Assembly (NCBI RefSeq): GCF_963921235.1
Contig: NC_086108.1
Coordinates: 104,100,001-104,164,000, forward strand
Reading direction: 5' to 3'
DNA length: 64,000 nucleotides
Source of the DNA: Mobula hypostoma
Lineage: Eukaryota
The notes beneath the pieces were generated by a model. It was given only the letters and a program-made list of their open reading frames with translations. It was not told the origin of the DNA and made no database searches. Position 1 is the stretch's first letter. Every line of letters begins with the position of its first letter. A program made the translations under genes and the position numbers. Shown here piece by piece: positions 36,424-49,552 of the stretch.

Positions 36424-39400
36424 ACATAGAAACATAGAAAATAGGTGCAGGAGTAGGCCATTCGGCCCTTCAAGCCTGCACCGCCATTTATTATGATCAT
36501 GGCTGATCCTCCAACTCAGAACCCCGCCCCAGCCTTCCCTCCATACCCCCTGACCCCCGTAGCCACAAGGGCCATATCTAACTCCCTCTTAAATATAGCC
36601 AATGAACTGGCCTCAACTGTTTCCTATGGCAGAGAATTCCACAGATTCACCACTCTCTGTGTGAAGAAGTTTTTCCTCATCTCGGTCCTAAAAGGCTTCC
36701 CCTCTATCCTCAAACTGTGGCCCCTCGTTCTGGACTTCCCCAACATCGGGAACAATCTTCCTGCATCTAGCCTGTCCAATCCCTTTAGGATCTTATACGT
36801 TTCAATCAGATCCCCCCTCAATCTTCTAAATTCCAACGAGTACAAGCCCAGTTCATCCAGTCTTTCTTCATATGAAAGTCCTGCCATCCCAGGAATCAAT
36901 CTGGTGAACCTTCTTTGTACTCCCTCTATGGCAAGGATGTCTTTCCTCAGATTAGGGGACCAAAACTGCACACAATACTCCAGGTGTGGTCTCACCAAGG
37001 CCTTGTACAACTGCAGTAGTACCTCCCTGCTCCTGTACTCGAATCCTCTCGCTATAAATGCCAGCATACCATTCGCCTTTTTCACCGCCTGCTGTACCTG
37101 CATGCCCACTTTCAATGACTGGTGTATAATGACACCCAGGTCTCGTTGCACCTCCCCTTTTCCTAATCGGCCACCATTCAGATAATAATCTGTTTTCCTA
37201 TTTTTGCCACCAAAGTGGATAACTTCACATTTATCCACATTAAATTGCATCTGCCATGAATTTGCCCACTCACCCAACCTATCCAAGTCACTCTGCATCC
37301 TCTTAGCATCCTCCTCACTGCTAACACTGCCACCCAGCTTCGTGTCATCCGCAAACTTGGAGATGCTGCATTTAATTCCCTCATCCAAGTCATTAATATA
37401 TATTGTAAACAACTGGGGTCCCAGCACTGAGCCTTGCGGTACCCCACTAGTCACCGCCTGCCATTCTGAAAAGGTCCCGTTTATTCCCACTCTTTGCTTC
37501 CTGTCTACTAACCAATTCTCCACCCACACCAATACCTTACCCCCAATACCGTGTGCTTTAAGTTTGCACACTAATCTGTGTGGGACCTTGTCAAAAGCCT
37601 TTTGAAAATCCAAATATACCACATCCACTGGTTCTCCCCTATCCACTCTACTAGTTACATCCTCAAAAAATTCTATGAGATTCGTCAGACATGATTTTCC
37701 TTTCGCAAATCCATGCTGACTTTGTCCGATCATTTCACCGCTTTCCAAATGTGCTGTTATCACATCCTTGATAACTGACTCCAGCAGTTTCCCCACCACC
37801 GACGTTAGGCTAACCGGTCTATAATTCCCCGGTTTCTCTCTCCCTCCTTTTTTAAAAAGTGGAGTTACATTAGCCACCCTCCAATCCTCAGGAACTAGTC
37901 CAGAATCTAACGAGTTTTGAAAAATTATCACTAATGCATCCACTATTTCTTGGGCTACTTCCTTAAGCACTCTAGGATGCAGACCATCTGGCCCTGGGGA
38001 TTTATCTGCCTTCAATCCCTTCAATTTACCTAACACCACTTCCCTACTAACATGTATTTCGCTCAGTTCCTCCATCCCACTGGACCCTCTGTCCCCTACT
38101 ATTTCTGGAAGATTATTTATGTCCTCCTTAGTGAAGACAGAACCAAAGTAATTATTCAGTTGGTCTGCCCTGTCCTTGCTCCCCTTAATCAATTCACCTG
38201 TTTCTGTCTGCAGGGGACCTACATTTGTCTTTACCAGTCTTTTCCTTTTTACATATCTATAAAAGCTTTTACAGTCAGTTTTTATGTTCCCTGCCAGTTT
38301 TCTGTCAAATCTTTTTTCCCCTTCCTAATTAAGCCCTTTGTCCTCCTCTGCTGAACTCTGAATTTCTCCCAGTCCTCAGGTGAGCCACTTTCTCTGGCTA
38401 ATTTGTATGCTTCTTCTTTGGAATTGATACTATCCCTAATTTCTCTTGTCAGCCACAGGTGCACTACCTTCCTTGATTTATTCTTTTGCCAAACTGGGAT
38501 GAACAATTGTTGTAGTTCATCCATGCAACCTTTAAATGCTTGCCATTGCATATCCACCGTCAATCCTTTAAGTGTCATTTGCCAGTCTATCTTAGCTAAT
38601 TCACGTCTCATACCTTCAAAGTTACCCCTCTTTAAGTTCAGAACCTTTGTTTCTGAATTAACTATGTCACTCTCCATCTTAATGAAGAATTCCACCATAT
38701 TATGGTCACTCTTACCCAAGGGGCCTCTCACGACAAGATCGCTAATTAACCCTTCCTCATTGCTCAAAACCCAGTCCAGAATAGCCTGCTCTCTAGTTGG
38801 TTCCTCGACATGTTGGTTCAAAAAACCATCCTGCATACATTCCAAGAAATCCTCTTCCTCAGCACCTTTACCAATTTGGTTCACCCAATCTACATGTAGA
38901 TTGAAGTCACCCATTATAACTGCTGTTCCTTTATTGCACACATTTCTAATTTCCTGTTTAATACCATCTCCGAACTCACTACTACTGTTAGGTGGCCTGT
39001 ACACAACTCCCACCAGCGTCTTCTGCCCCTTAGTGTTACGCAGCTCTACCCATATCGATTCCACATCTTCCCGGCTTATGTCCTTCCTTTCTATTGTGTT
39101 AATCTCTCCTTTAACCAGCAACGCCACCCCACCTCCCCTTCCTTCATGTCTATCCCTCCTGAATATTGAATATCCCTGAACGTTGAGCTCCCATCCCTGG
39201 TCACCCTGGAGCCATGTCTCTGTGATCCCAACTATATCATAAGCATTAATAACAATCTGCACTTTCAGTTCATCCACCTTATTACGAATGCTCCTTGCAT
39301 TGACACACAAAGCCTTCAGGCGCTCTTTTACAACTCTCTTAGCCCTTATACAATTATGCTGAAAAGTGGCCCTTTTTAATGCTTGCCCTGGATTTGTCGG

Positions 39401-39550
39401 CCTGCCACTTTTACTTTTCTCCTTAGTACTTTTTGCTTCTACCCTCACTTTACACCCCTCTGTCTCTCTGCACTGGTTCCCATCCCCCTGTTGTGAACTA
39501 ACCTCCTCACGCCTAGCCTCTTTAATTTGATTCCCACCCCCGAACCATTC
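36424..39550 (-). mobile_element. Young CR1 LINE with whole ORF2 region (APE + RT), one frameshift and a terminal stop
   Basis: ORFs 38282-39448 (CVNARSI, GITETWL, VYRPP, MGDFN, SDH) and 36624-38192, nearly identical to the 25.5 kb copy. Confidence 0.95.
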
Positions 39551-42500
39551 ATTTGTACCGTGGAAAGTATTCTGACCGGCTGCATCACTGTCTGGTATGG
39601 AGGGGCTACTGCACAGGACTGAAAGAAGCTGCAGAAGGTTGTAAGTCTAGTCAGCTCCATCTTGGGTACTAGCCTACAAAGTATCCAGGATATCTTTAGG
39701 AAGCGGTGTCTCAGAAAGGCAGCATCCATTATTAAGGACCACGAGCACCCAGGACTTGCCCTTTTCTCACTATTACCATCAGGTAGGAGGTACAGAAGCC
39801 TGAAGGCACACAATCAGCAATTCAGAAACAGCTTCTTCCCATCTGCCATCCAATTCCTAAATGGACATTGAATCTTTGGACACTACTCACTTTTTAAAAA
39901 ATATACAATATTTCTGTTTTTGCACATTTTTAATCTATTCAATATACATAATTGATCTACTTGTTTATTTAAAATTTTTATTTATTGTTATTTTTCTCTC
40001 TCTCTCTCTCTCTCTCTGCTTGGTTATGTATTGCATTGAACTGCTGCTGCTAAGTTAACAAGTTTCACGTCACATGCTGGTGATAATAAACCTGATTCTG
40101 ATTCTGACCTGAATGAAACCTATCGAATAGTGAAAGGCTTTGATAGAGTGGATGTGGAGAGGAAATTTCCTGTGGTGGGAGAGTCTGGACCGAAAGACAC
40201 AGCCTCAGAATGGAGGGGCATCCTTTTAGAATGGAGATGAAGAAATTCTTTAGCCAGAGAGTGGAGAATTAGTGGAATTCTTTGCCACAGGCAGCTATAG
40301 AGGCCAAGTCTTTATGCATGGCAAAGGTTAATAGAGTCTTGATTGATCAGGGTATGAAGGGATATGGGAAGAAGGCAGGAGATTGGGACTGAAGAAAATT
40401 TGATCAGCCATGATGAAGTGGTGAAGGAGACTAGATTGGCCAAATGGCCTAATTCTGCTCCTATATCTTATGGTTTTACAAGAGATGCTGGAAATTCAGA
40501 CCGACACCCACAATCCTGGATGAGATCAGCAAGTCAGGTGGCATCTGTGAAGAATGAACAGTTGAATATTCAGGCCAAGACTCATCAGGATTAATTGGTG
40601 AAACTAGATCTTGATGTAAAAATGTGGTCTACATTCAGAACAATTAGTTTTGCTTGATAAATTCTAGTTCATGTGTATTGAAATAAATCATGCATTTTAT
40701 TTCAGCTGGTGTGATTTTTAAATATCTCTGCTTGTATTTTAATCAATTTTTGAGGATGAGGGATTAGATGTTATTCCCAATGGCGCTAAGAAGGATTGAG
40801 GTCTGGTTTGTTAATTTCATTGAGAGGAAACGAATGAGGGAGGGAGTGATTGGATAGGACAAGAGCAAACCGTGCATTTGAACAGGTTGATGTTGCTGCC
40901 AAACGAGAGGCCAATAAAGTGTACATTACAAATTCTTATTAACAAAGTTAATGAGACATCACTGCATCTGTTGATCTATCAACCACTTGTCACACCATAA
41001 TATTTGCAGTAACTTGGTTTAGATGGGCAGAAGGCTATGTTGCAGTTGGAGGGGAATGGTAAATTTACCCAACTTGCAGTTCTCAAGCTAGACTTTAAAC
41101 TGCTTCTGTTTAACTTTGCACTTGTCTGCTCATATTAAGAGGATGGGAACATAGGGATTGCTGGGATGTTTTGCTTATTGCTTATAATTTATCTATAATT
41201 GCCTTATGGTGTTATTGTCTTTTTTTAAAAAAAACTAAAACAGCAAGAGGTTCGAACTGAGTTATTTTCTGAATTAGCAGCTTTTTCTAGGATCCAATTT
41301 GGAGGGATGGATTTTTAGAAATAAAATCCTTTATTGAATTGACTATGTGAATTAAGCAATTAATCTACCGGGGAAAGAGGAGCAGAGATGGACTTGGTGG
41401 AATGGTCCCCTTCTTGTATTTTTTTTTCTGTTGATGGTGGTTGCATCACCTCATCCAATCCATTTAGCTTTCAGACCATTGTCTCCTTTCTGTTGAAGGG
41501 TTTCAGACCTGAAATGCTCTGTTTTTCTTCTCTTAAATGTAGTCTGACCTGGTGAATATTTATAGCACTTTTTTATTTTCATGTAGCCCATTAATTATTT
41601 GGTTATTCTTCACTGCTGGCATATAGTACAGTTCTCTGAAGACTTTTTATGCAGCTCTGATTTTTAGCTTTATTTTTACAAACTAGTACACATTTTAAAT
41701 GGGTAATGTGAGGAAATACCAAAGGTTCAGTGTAATTGTATAGAAATTCAATCCTGAGTAAGTTGCATATTTCAGCTTGCATAACTAAAATAGCAAGCTT
41801 TTCCAGGGGACTGAAACAATGTGAACTTGATAACGATTGGCATGAAACTGAACTAGTGAACATTGATGGTTGTTCGTCACACTGAAGGGTCATTGGATTC
41901 TCTCACCAGCCTTCAGTTAAGACTGCTATTCTGTCCAGAAACTCACTGGATTTCTGTTTTTGCACCATTTTCTGTAAACTCTAGAGACTTGTGTGTGAAA
42001 ATTCTGGTAGTTTAGCGGTTTCTGAGATGCTTAATCCACCCTGTCTAGCATCAACAATTATTCTATGGTCAAAGTCACTTAGATGCCCATTCTGAAGTTA
42101 GGACTCAACAAAAACTCAACCTCTTGATCATGTCTGCACTCTTTTGTATTGAGTTCCTGCCACTGATTGGCTGATTAGATATTTACATTAACATGATGTA
42201 CCTAATAAAGTGGTCACTGAGTGTATTTTACTTCATGTAAAAAGATGACTGATTACAGGTTAGTCCAGTATTTAATATCTGCGCATGTCCAGAACTTACT
42301 TTTAACTGATAAACATGAGATTCTGCAAATGCTGGAAATCCAGAGTAACACACAAATGCTGAAAGAACTCAGCAGGTTAGGCAGCTTCTATGGAAATGAA
42401 TAAACAGTTGATGTTTGGGCCAAAACCCTTCTTCAGGACTGGAAAGGAAATGGGAGGACGCCAGAATAAAAAGGTGTAGGAGGGGGATAGCTAGAAGATG

Positions 42501-43379
42501 ATAGATGAAACCAGGCGGGCGGGAGAGGTAAATGACTGGAGGAGGAGGAGTCTGGTCAGAGGAGTGGACTCTGAGACAGTTTAAAAAAAAATCAGCATGT
42601 TTTTGCGACTTCAATTCAAAGATGGGCCAGTCTGTATGAAGTCATTTTTTATGCAGAGGATATTGGTGAGCTTCCTAATGTACACATGGTTTTCACTCAG
42701 AGCTTTGTCCTGGTAAACCACAGGTTCCCTTGGAGATAAAATGAAAGGCATTTTATGAGTGAGGACACAAATTTCAGAGTCTGATTATAATGGTTATCGC
42801 TTAACTGGCAAGACTTCAGGCACTAAGATAAAGTTGAACTGCTTAATGTTGTGACGAATTGGAACTTTAAAGTATTTGTGTTCCAAAGATAAAACACCGA
42901 TAAAGGATAAAGGCATATCCTGGGAATGGTTATTGTATGAACAGTAGCAGAGATTTAGCTCTATTATGAGATGGTATAACTGTGAGCATTTTTAAGAAAG
43001 GAAACAAGTTCAACTGTGGTAACTGTAGAAGAGGCTGTGTGCTGTCTGCCACAGGGAATGTCATTACCAAGGTGTTCTTCAGCAATCCTGTTCAGCAACC
43101 CTATGGCTGAACAACTGTCCTGTAAATCAGTCTCATTTCTGTTCACCTTGATGCAAGTCGGACATTACTTTTACTGCATGAAATACAATATACACGACTT
43201 TCATCAATCTCACTATTGACCTTGGCTCCCTCAATTTGGAGGAGCTCACATTGGTTTTTTCCTTGGATGTTTGTCCTAATCTTATGTTTGCTCCTTAAAG
43301 AGGTGAAAACCAGGTAGCATGCTCGCCGCTCTCCGGGATACATCTATAGAGATTTGCTGGAGTCTTTGGTGACATACAG

Positions 43380-45425
43380 GGGTTAAACAGCCAGTGCAGA
43401 GTACCCCTGTACTCTGAGGGGCCATCCCCCTCAACAACAAAAGGTTGGTTGCTGCTGATGGGGTGAGAGGGAAATGATCTAGCAGAAGAATGTCACAGCA
43501 GTCAGGTCTCTGGCACTGAGTCTGGACCTGTTACTTAAAAGCGAAGGAGGGAGAAGAGATGAGCTATGGTAATAGGGGATTCATTAGGTAGGGGAACAGA
43601 AAGGAGGTTCTGTGGGCGAGAACGAGATTCCCGGATGGTATGTTGCCTCCTGGGTGCCAGGGTCCTGGATATTTTGGATCGAGTTTGCAGCATTCTTAGG
43701 TGGGAGGGTGCACAGCCAGGGATTGTACTCCATGTAGGTACCAATGACTTGGGTAGGAAGCGTGACAAGGTTCTGCAAAGTGAGTTCAAGGAGTTAGGTG
43801 TGAGGTTACAGGGCAGGACTTTCAAGATTATGATCTCTGGATTGCTACCCATGAGGTTAGAAATAGGAAGATTATACAGTTTAACAAGTGGTAAAGGAGT
43901 TGATGCAGGAGAAAGGGCATAAGATTTTTGGATCATTAGGCTCTCTTCCAAGGAAGTTGTGACCTATATAGAAAAGATTGTATGTGGGGGAGGGGGCGGG
44001 GTTAAACTAAAGTTGCATGGGGATGGGAACCAGAAGGGCTGGATCAACACCTGGAATTATGATACTGTAGCCATTAATGAGACTTGGTTGCAGGAGGGGC
44101 AGGACTGGCAGCTCAATATTACGGGATTCCATTGTTTTAGATACGACAGAGCAGGAGAGATTAAAGGAGTGGTGGTGTTACTAGTCAAAGAAAATGTCAT
44201 GGCAGTGTTCAGTCAGGACAGACAGGAGAACTTGTCTAGTGAGGTGTTATGGGTGGAACTGAGTTATTAGAAAGGTATGTTAATGGGGCTATATTACAGA
44301 CCATCCAATAGTGAGGGATTTAGAAGAACAAATTTGTGGAGAGATTGCAGACTGTTGTGAGAAGCTTAAGGTTGTTATAGCAGGTGATTTTTAACTTTCC
44401 ACATATTGAGGTCACATTGAACCTCCATTTTTAAGGACCTCCAGCACCCAGGGCATGCCCTTTTCTGACTGTTATCATCAGGTAGGAGGTCCAGAAGCCT
44501 GAAGGCGTGCACGGTGATTCAGAAACAGCTTCTTCCCCTCTGCCATCTGATTCCTAAATGGACATTGAACCCTTGGACACTATTTCACTTCTTTTAATAT
44601 ACAGTATTTCTGTTTCTTGCACATTTTTAAATCGGTTCAGTTAACTTGTACTGTAATTGATTTACTTATTATTTTTATTTTTTTCTCTATTATGTATTGC
44701 ATTGAATTGCTAAGTTCGCAAATTTCATGTCATGTGCCGAAGATAATAAACTTGATTCTAGTTCTGATGACTGGGACTCCCACACTAAAAGGGACTAGAT
44801 AGGATTGAGTTTGTCAAATGTGTTCATGAAAGTTTTCTTAATCAGTATGTAGAAGTCCTAGTGATCTGCTATTAGGGAATGAGATGGCAGGTGACAGAAG
44901 CTTGTTTAGGTGAACACGTGGCATCTAGTTTTTACAAAGCCATCAGTAGGAGAACACTTTGCATTTATGACCATGATACCATTAGTTTTAAAGTAAATAT
45001 GCAAAAAGATAGGTCTGGCATGTGGATTGAGATTCTAAATTGGAGAAAGGCCAATTTTGATGGTATCAGAAATGATCTGGCAAGTGTGGATTGGGACAGG
45101 CTGTTTTCCGGCAAAGTGTACTTGGTAAGTGGGAGGCCTTGAAAAGTGACGTTTTGAGAGTACAAAGCTTGTGTGCTTGTTAGGATAAAAGGTAAAGGTA
45201 ACAGGTGTAGGGAGCCTTGGTTTTGAAGAGATATTGAGGCCCTGGTTAAGAAGAAAAAGGTGCATTATGGGTATGGGCAGGTGGAACAAATGAGGTGCTT
45301 ATGGAGTATAATGCAAGAGAACATGTAAGAAAGAAATCAGGTGGGCTAAAAGAAGCCTGAGGTTGCCTTAGCAGACAAGGTGAAAGAGTGTCCTAAGGGA
45401 TTCTACAGATATATTAAGAGCAAAA
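43380..45425 (+). mobile_element. Decayed CR1 (ORF1 esterase and 5' ORF2) interrupted by a Rex-type 3' fragment (about 44410-44770)
   Basis: VIGDSL.RGTERRFCGRERDSRMVCCL.GARV...HVGTNDL; INETWLQEGQDWQLNI. Confidence 0.8.
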
Positions 45426-47204
45426 GGGGGACTCCCCCTTTTCTTTCTCCCTAGGCCTCCTGTCCCATGATCCTTTCATATCCCTTTTGCCAATCAACTG
45501 TCCAGCTCTTGGTTTCATCCCTCCCCCTCCTGTCTTCTCCTATCATTTCAGATCTCCTCCTCCTCCTCCTCCTCCCCCCCCCCGCTTAAGTCGACTGTAC
45601 CTCTTCCTAGAGATGCTGCCTGGCCTGCTGTGTTCACCAGCAACTTTTATGTGCGTTGCTTGAAATTCCAGCATCTGCAGATTTCCTCGTGTTTGCATAG
45701 AACAACGTACAGCTCATTCCTCCTTTCCTCCAACCTGGCCCTTTCACCAAAGCTTTGCAAATTATTCTTTCTGATTTATCTATCCAGTTCCCTTTGACAG
45801 CCATAATGGATTCTGTCTCCACCACATCTGCAAGCAGTGCTCTACAGATTTCAGCCATATGTTGTGCTAAAAAAAAATTATCTTAATTATCGTGTCATTG
45901 GATTGTGTTGGTTGTTATCACAAACTATGCAGTTCAGTGTGTTTCTATGTAGATGTGATAAATGAATCCAAATTTGTCTGAGCTGTAGTGTGGTCTACCT
46001 TCTCTTCCTCAGAATTTTATATATTTCTGTTAAATCTTTCTTCAACTTCATCGTTAAAGAAAACTCTTAGGGCCTCTATTCTTGTAACTCTGTTCCTCAT
46101 CTCAGAAACTCGTTCATTCATCATGTGCTGTGTTTGATCATGGCCTTTCTTATGACCATGATTGTTCTTGGCAATTTTTTTTTTGCAGAAGTGGTTTACC
46201 ATTGCCACCTTCTGGATAGTGTCTTTACAAGATGGGTGACCCCAGCCATTATCAATACTCTTCAGAGGTCGTCTGCCTGGCATCAGTGGACACATAACCA
46301 GGACTTGTGATATGTGCCAGCTGCTCATACGATCATCCACCACCTGCGCCCATGGCTTCCTGTGACTCTGATTGGGGGGCGGGGGGCTAAGCAGGTGCTA
46401 CACCTTGTCCAAGGGTGACCTGCAGGCTCACTGAGGGAAGGAATGCCTGACACTGCCTCTGATAGAGACATATTTCCAGTCTGTCACCCATCCCAGGAAC
46501 TGTTCTTGTAAATTTTTTCTCATCCTATCACAAACACATTATTCCAGTTCTTATTTTGCTGTTTCTATGTAAATTCCATTCTCCTGATGCAAACTTAACA
46601 TAATAGGTGTGGGAGTTTCATATCTAGCAATGCACAAAACACTTTTTAAATTCTTCATGCAGTAAGAATTGTCTTACTGTCTGGAGTGTACCACCAAGGT
46701 TAATATTTGAGGCAGATTTAATTGTAGTATTGAAAGATTTAATTGTTAGGTTGGTTGTGATTGGCTGCCAAATGTGCATACATGTCCTGTGGTATGCTGA
46801 GCGGTGAGTAATCACATACCAGAGCTCTAGGCTTTATGCAACCCAGCACACACAATTATACCTCTACAATTTTCACTCACTTTGGGTTGATCTGTTATGA
46901 TCTTGTGGTTGTTGCCCAAGTGATAAAATTACTCACTCCATTAATCTGATTCATTGGCCACTAAATGGGACCTTCATATCGGTCCAGCCTACTACACTAA
47001 TTATTGTGGTTAAAGACCTATTTGACATCCAGAGATGTAGTGGAACAAGCTTTTATTCTCAATATAGTTACAATCAGGTACATAAATCTCATCGAATAAA
47101 TAAGTCAAAAATATTTTTGGATACAATGATAATGCCTGATAGGTATTTGACAGCCCATCAGATGTGAACATAACCATTTTTGGTATGATTATTAAGTGTA
47201 GCAC

Positions 47205-47957
47205 TTATCCGTGAAAGCGGCCTAAATGCTGCACCTGCCCAAACACCACCTCCCTCACCTCAATTCAGGGCCCCAAACAGTCCTTCCAGGTAAGGCAACA
47301 CTTCACCTGCAAATCAGCTAGGGTCATCTATTGTGTTTGGTGCTCCCGATGTGACCTCTTCTACGTTGGTGAAATCTGTTGAGAATTGGGGGACCTCTTT
47401 GTTGACTGCCTCCACTGCAACCGCCAAAAGCAAAACTTCCTGCTGGTCAAACGTTGTAATTTTGATTCCTGATCTGACATGTTGGTCCATGGCCGCCTCT
47501 TGTGCTAAGGTGAGGCCATTTTCAGGCTGGAGGAGCAACACTTCATAATGCGTCTCGGTTGCCTCCAACCTGCTGGCATGAATATTGATTTCTCCTTCTG
47601 GTTTAAAAAAAATTCTTCCTTCCCCCTCTTCCCCCCCCCCCAACATTTTATCTCTTCTCTCCCGGGTTTATCTCTTCTCTCCCGGGTCACTCCCCCCTTC
47701 TTTTTCTCCTATGGTCCACTCACCTCTCCTATCAGATTCTTTCTTCTCCAGCCCTTTGCATTTCCTGCCCACCTGGCTTCACCTGTCACCTTCCAGCTAG
47801 CCTCCTTCTCTCCCCCCCCCCACCTTTTTATTCTGGTGTCTTCCTCCTTCCTTTCTGGTACTGAAGAAAGGTCTTTGCCCAAAACATCAACTGTTAATTA
47901 ATTTCCATAGATGCTGCTTGACTTGCTTGGTTCCTCCAGCATTTTGTATGTGTTGCT
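47205..47957 (+). mobile_element. PLE 3' fragment (GIY-YIG and pLTR)
   Basis: Homologous to 1450-2220 (HFTC.S..VIYC.WCSRC...EEQH...RLGCLQPAGMNIDFS). Another pLTR piece lies at 45425-45695. Confidence 0.8.
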
Positions 47958-48154
47958 TTGGTGTGACTAGATGGTCAGATAGCTGAGGCCCTCTGGCGGT
48001 CGATTGGATGAGTTTAAGACAGACATGTCCCTCCCATCCTTCCTGTACATAGTACATGTCCCAAATAATCATAAATTAGTTAAAGGTTCTAAAAGCAATA
48101 ATCTGCATTATTGAACACATTTGTATATCTAAATCCAAATGATGATTTGGTACT

Positions 48155-48555
48155 GGAGCACACAGTAATGTAGTGATCACTGTAACACTACAACAGTGCC
48201 AGTGACCTAGGTTTGGATCTGCTGCTGTCTGTAAGGAGTTTGTATGTTCTGTCCATGACTGCATGGATTTGTTCCAAGTGTTCAGGGTTTTTCCCACATT
48301 CCATAGGGGTGAGTAGGTTAATTGGTCACATGAGTGTAATTCGTGGTGCAGGCTTATTGGTCTGGGAGCGCCTGCTATTCTGCATCTCTAAATAGAGATT
48401 AGCTAGCACTGTAGCATAGTGGTTAGCACAATGCTTTACAGTACCAGCGACCCAGGTTTATTTCCCGCTGCTGCCTGTGAGGACTTTGTACGCTCTCCCT
48501 GTAACCATGTGAGTTTCCTCCAGGTGCTCCAGTTTTCTCCCACAGTCCAAAGACA
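48155..48555 (+). mobile_element. Two adjacent V-SINE (HE1-like) copies
   Basis: tRNA-like head (GTAGCATAGTGGTTAGCAC...) and V core GTTTCCTCCAGGTGCTCCAGTTT.CTCCCACAGTCCAAAGAC. Confidence 0.7.
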
Positions 48556-48666
48556 AATTTAGCATCCTGTGACTAAAGAAGTTCCTCTTCTTCTCTGTTC
48601 TGAATGCACGTCCTTCCTATCTGAGGCTGTGCCCTCTTGTCCTAGACTCTCCCACTATCCATTCTA

Positions 48667-49552
48667 TATCATCATCATCATCAGGTGCCATGCCCAGTTT
48701 GAGCTTTGACTGCTCACAGGACTACACACTTCTGTTTCGGGTCAAGTGGATCAATTCATTGGTATTCATTTCCAATTCTCTGGCTGCTGTCTCCATCATC
48801 ATTTGTCTTTGTCTTCCTCTTGCTTTCTTCCCTTCAGTCTTTCCCATAATTACCGTGCATTCTAACTCCTTTTTCCTAATCACATGTCCAATGAAGTTAC
48901 GTTGTCTGTTCATGATCTCATACATTATTTCTGTTTTTGCATTTTCTCTGTTCATGACATCCTGGTTAGATATTCGTTTTGTCCGTGATATTCTTTGCAT
49001 CCTCCTCAAAAACCATATTTCTGCTGCTACAATTTGTTTCCTCATGTTACTAGATATTGTCCAACATTCTGAGCCATATAACATAACTGGATAAATGTAA
49101 CATTTCAGTACTCTGAGGTGGGTTGTCATGCCTAGTTTAGTATTAGTCAGTATACTCTTCATTCTTGTAAAGGTGTCTTTTGCCATCCCTATTTTTCTTT
49201 TGATGTCCAAGTCACACCTGCCATCTGATGTCACCCTGCTTCCTAAGTAGCAAAAGTTCTGTACTTGTTTTATGTCTTCCCCGTTTATTCTCAGCCTGCA
49301 GATAGGATTCTCCTCCTTTTTGGATATCACCATACATTGTCTTTTTGCAATTGATAGATAGACTCATTTTTGCACTTTCTTTAACAATTATATCAATTAA
49401 GTTTTGTAGTTCTTCCTCCATACTTGCAATTAACACAGTGTCATCTGCATATCTGAAATTATTGATGTTTTCACTGTCAACTTTGATTCCCAAGATGTCT
49501 TTTTTTTGTAATATTGTTTCACTGTACACATTAAATAAATCGGGAGAAAACA
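48667..49552 (-). mobile_element. RTE-clade LINE 3' part, inserted in a CR1 fragment
   Basis: SPDLFNVYSE...NINNFRYADDTVLIA; FCYLGS.VTSDGRC...MLYGSECWT...EIWFLRRM...GKKARGRQR; (GAT)n tail. Confidence 0.85.

Larger units (their letters stand above)
34905..40104 (+). mobile_element. Rex1/Babar LINE inserted in an old CR1 (34780-34905 and 40105-40475), itself split by a solo LTR and a young CR1
   Basis: [19 protein letters not shown]...LDPLQFA...[11 protein letters not shown] continues after each insert and ends AATAAACC(TGATTC)n. The host CR1 frame ...RMRGD resumes as LNETYRIVKGFDRVD. Confidence 0.85.

Noticed and set aside
48405..48475. tRNA gene
   Set aside because: It is the degenerate tRNA-derived head of a V-SINE, with no complete cloverleaf.
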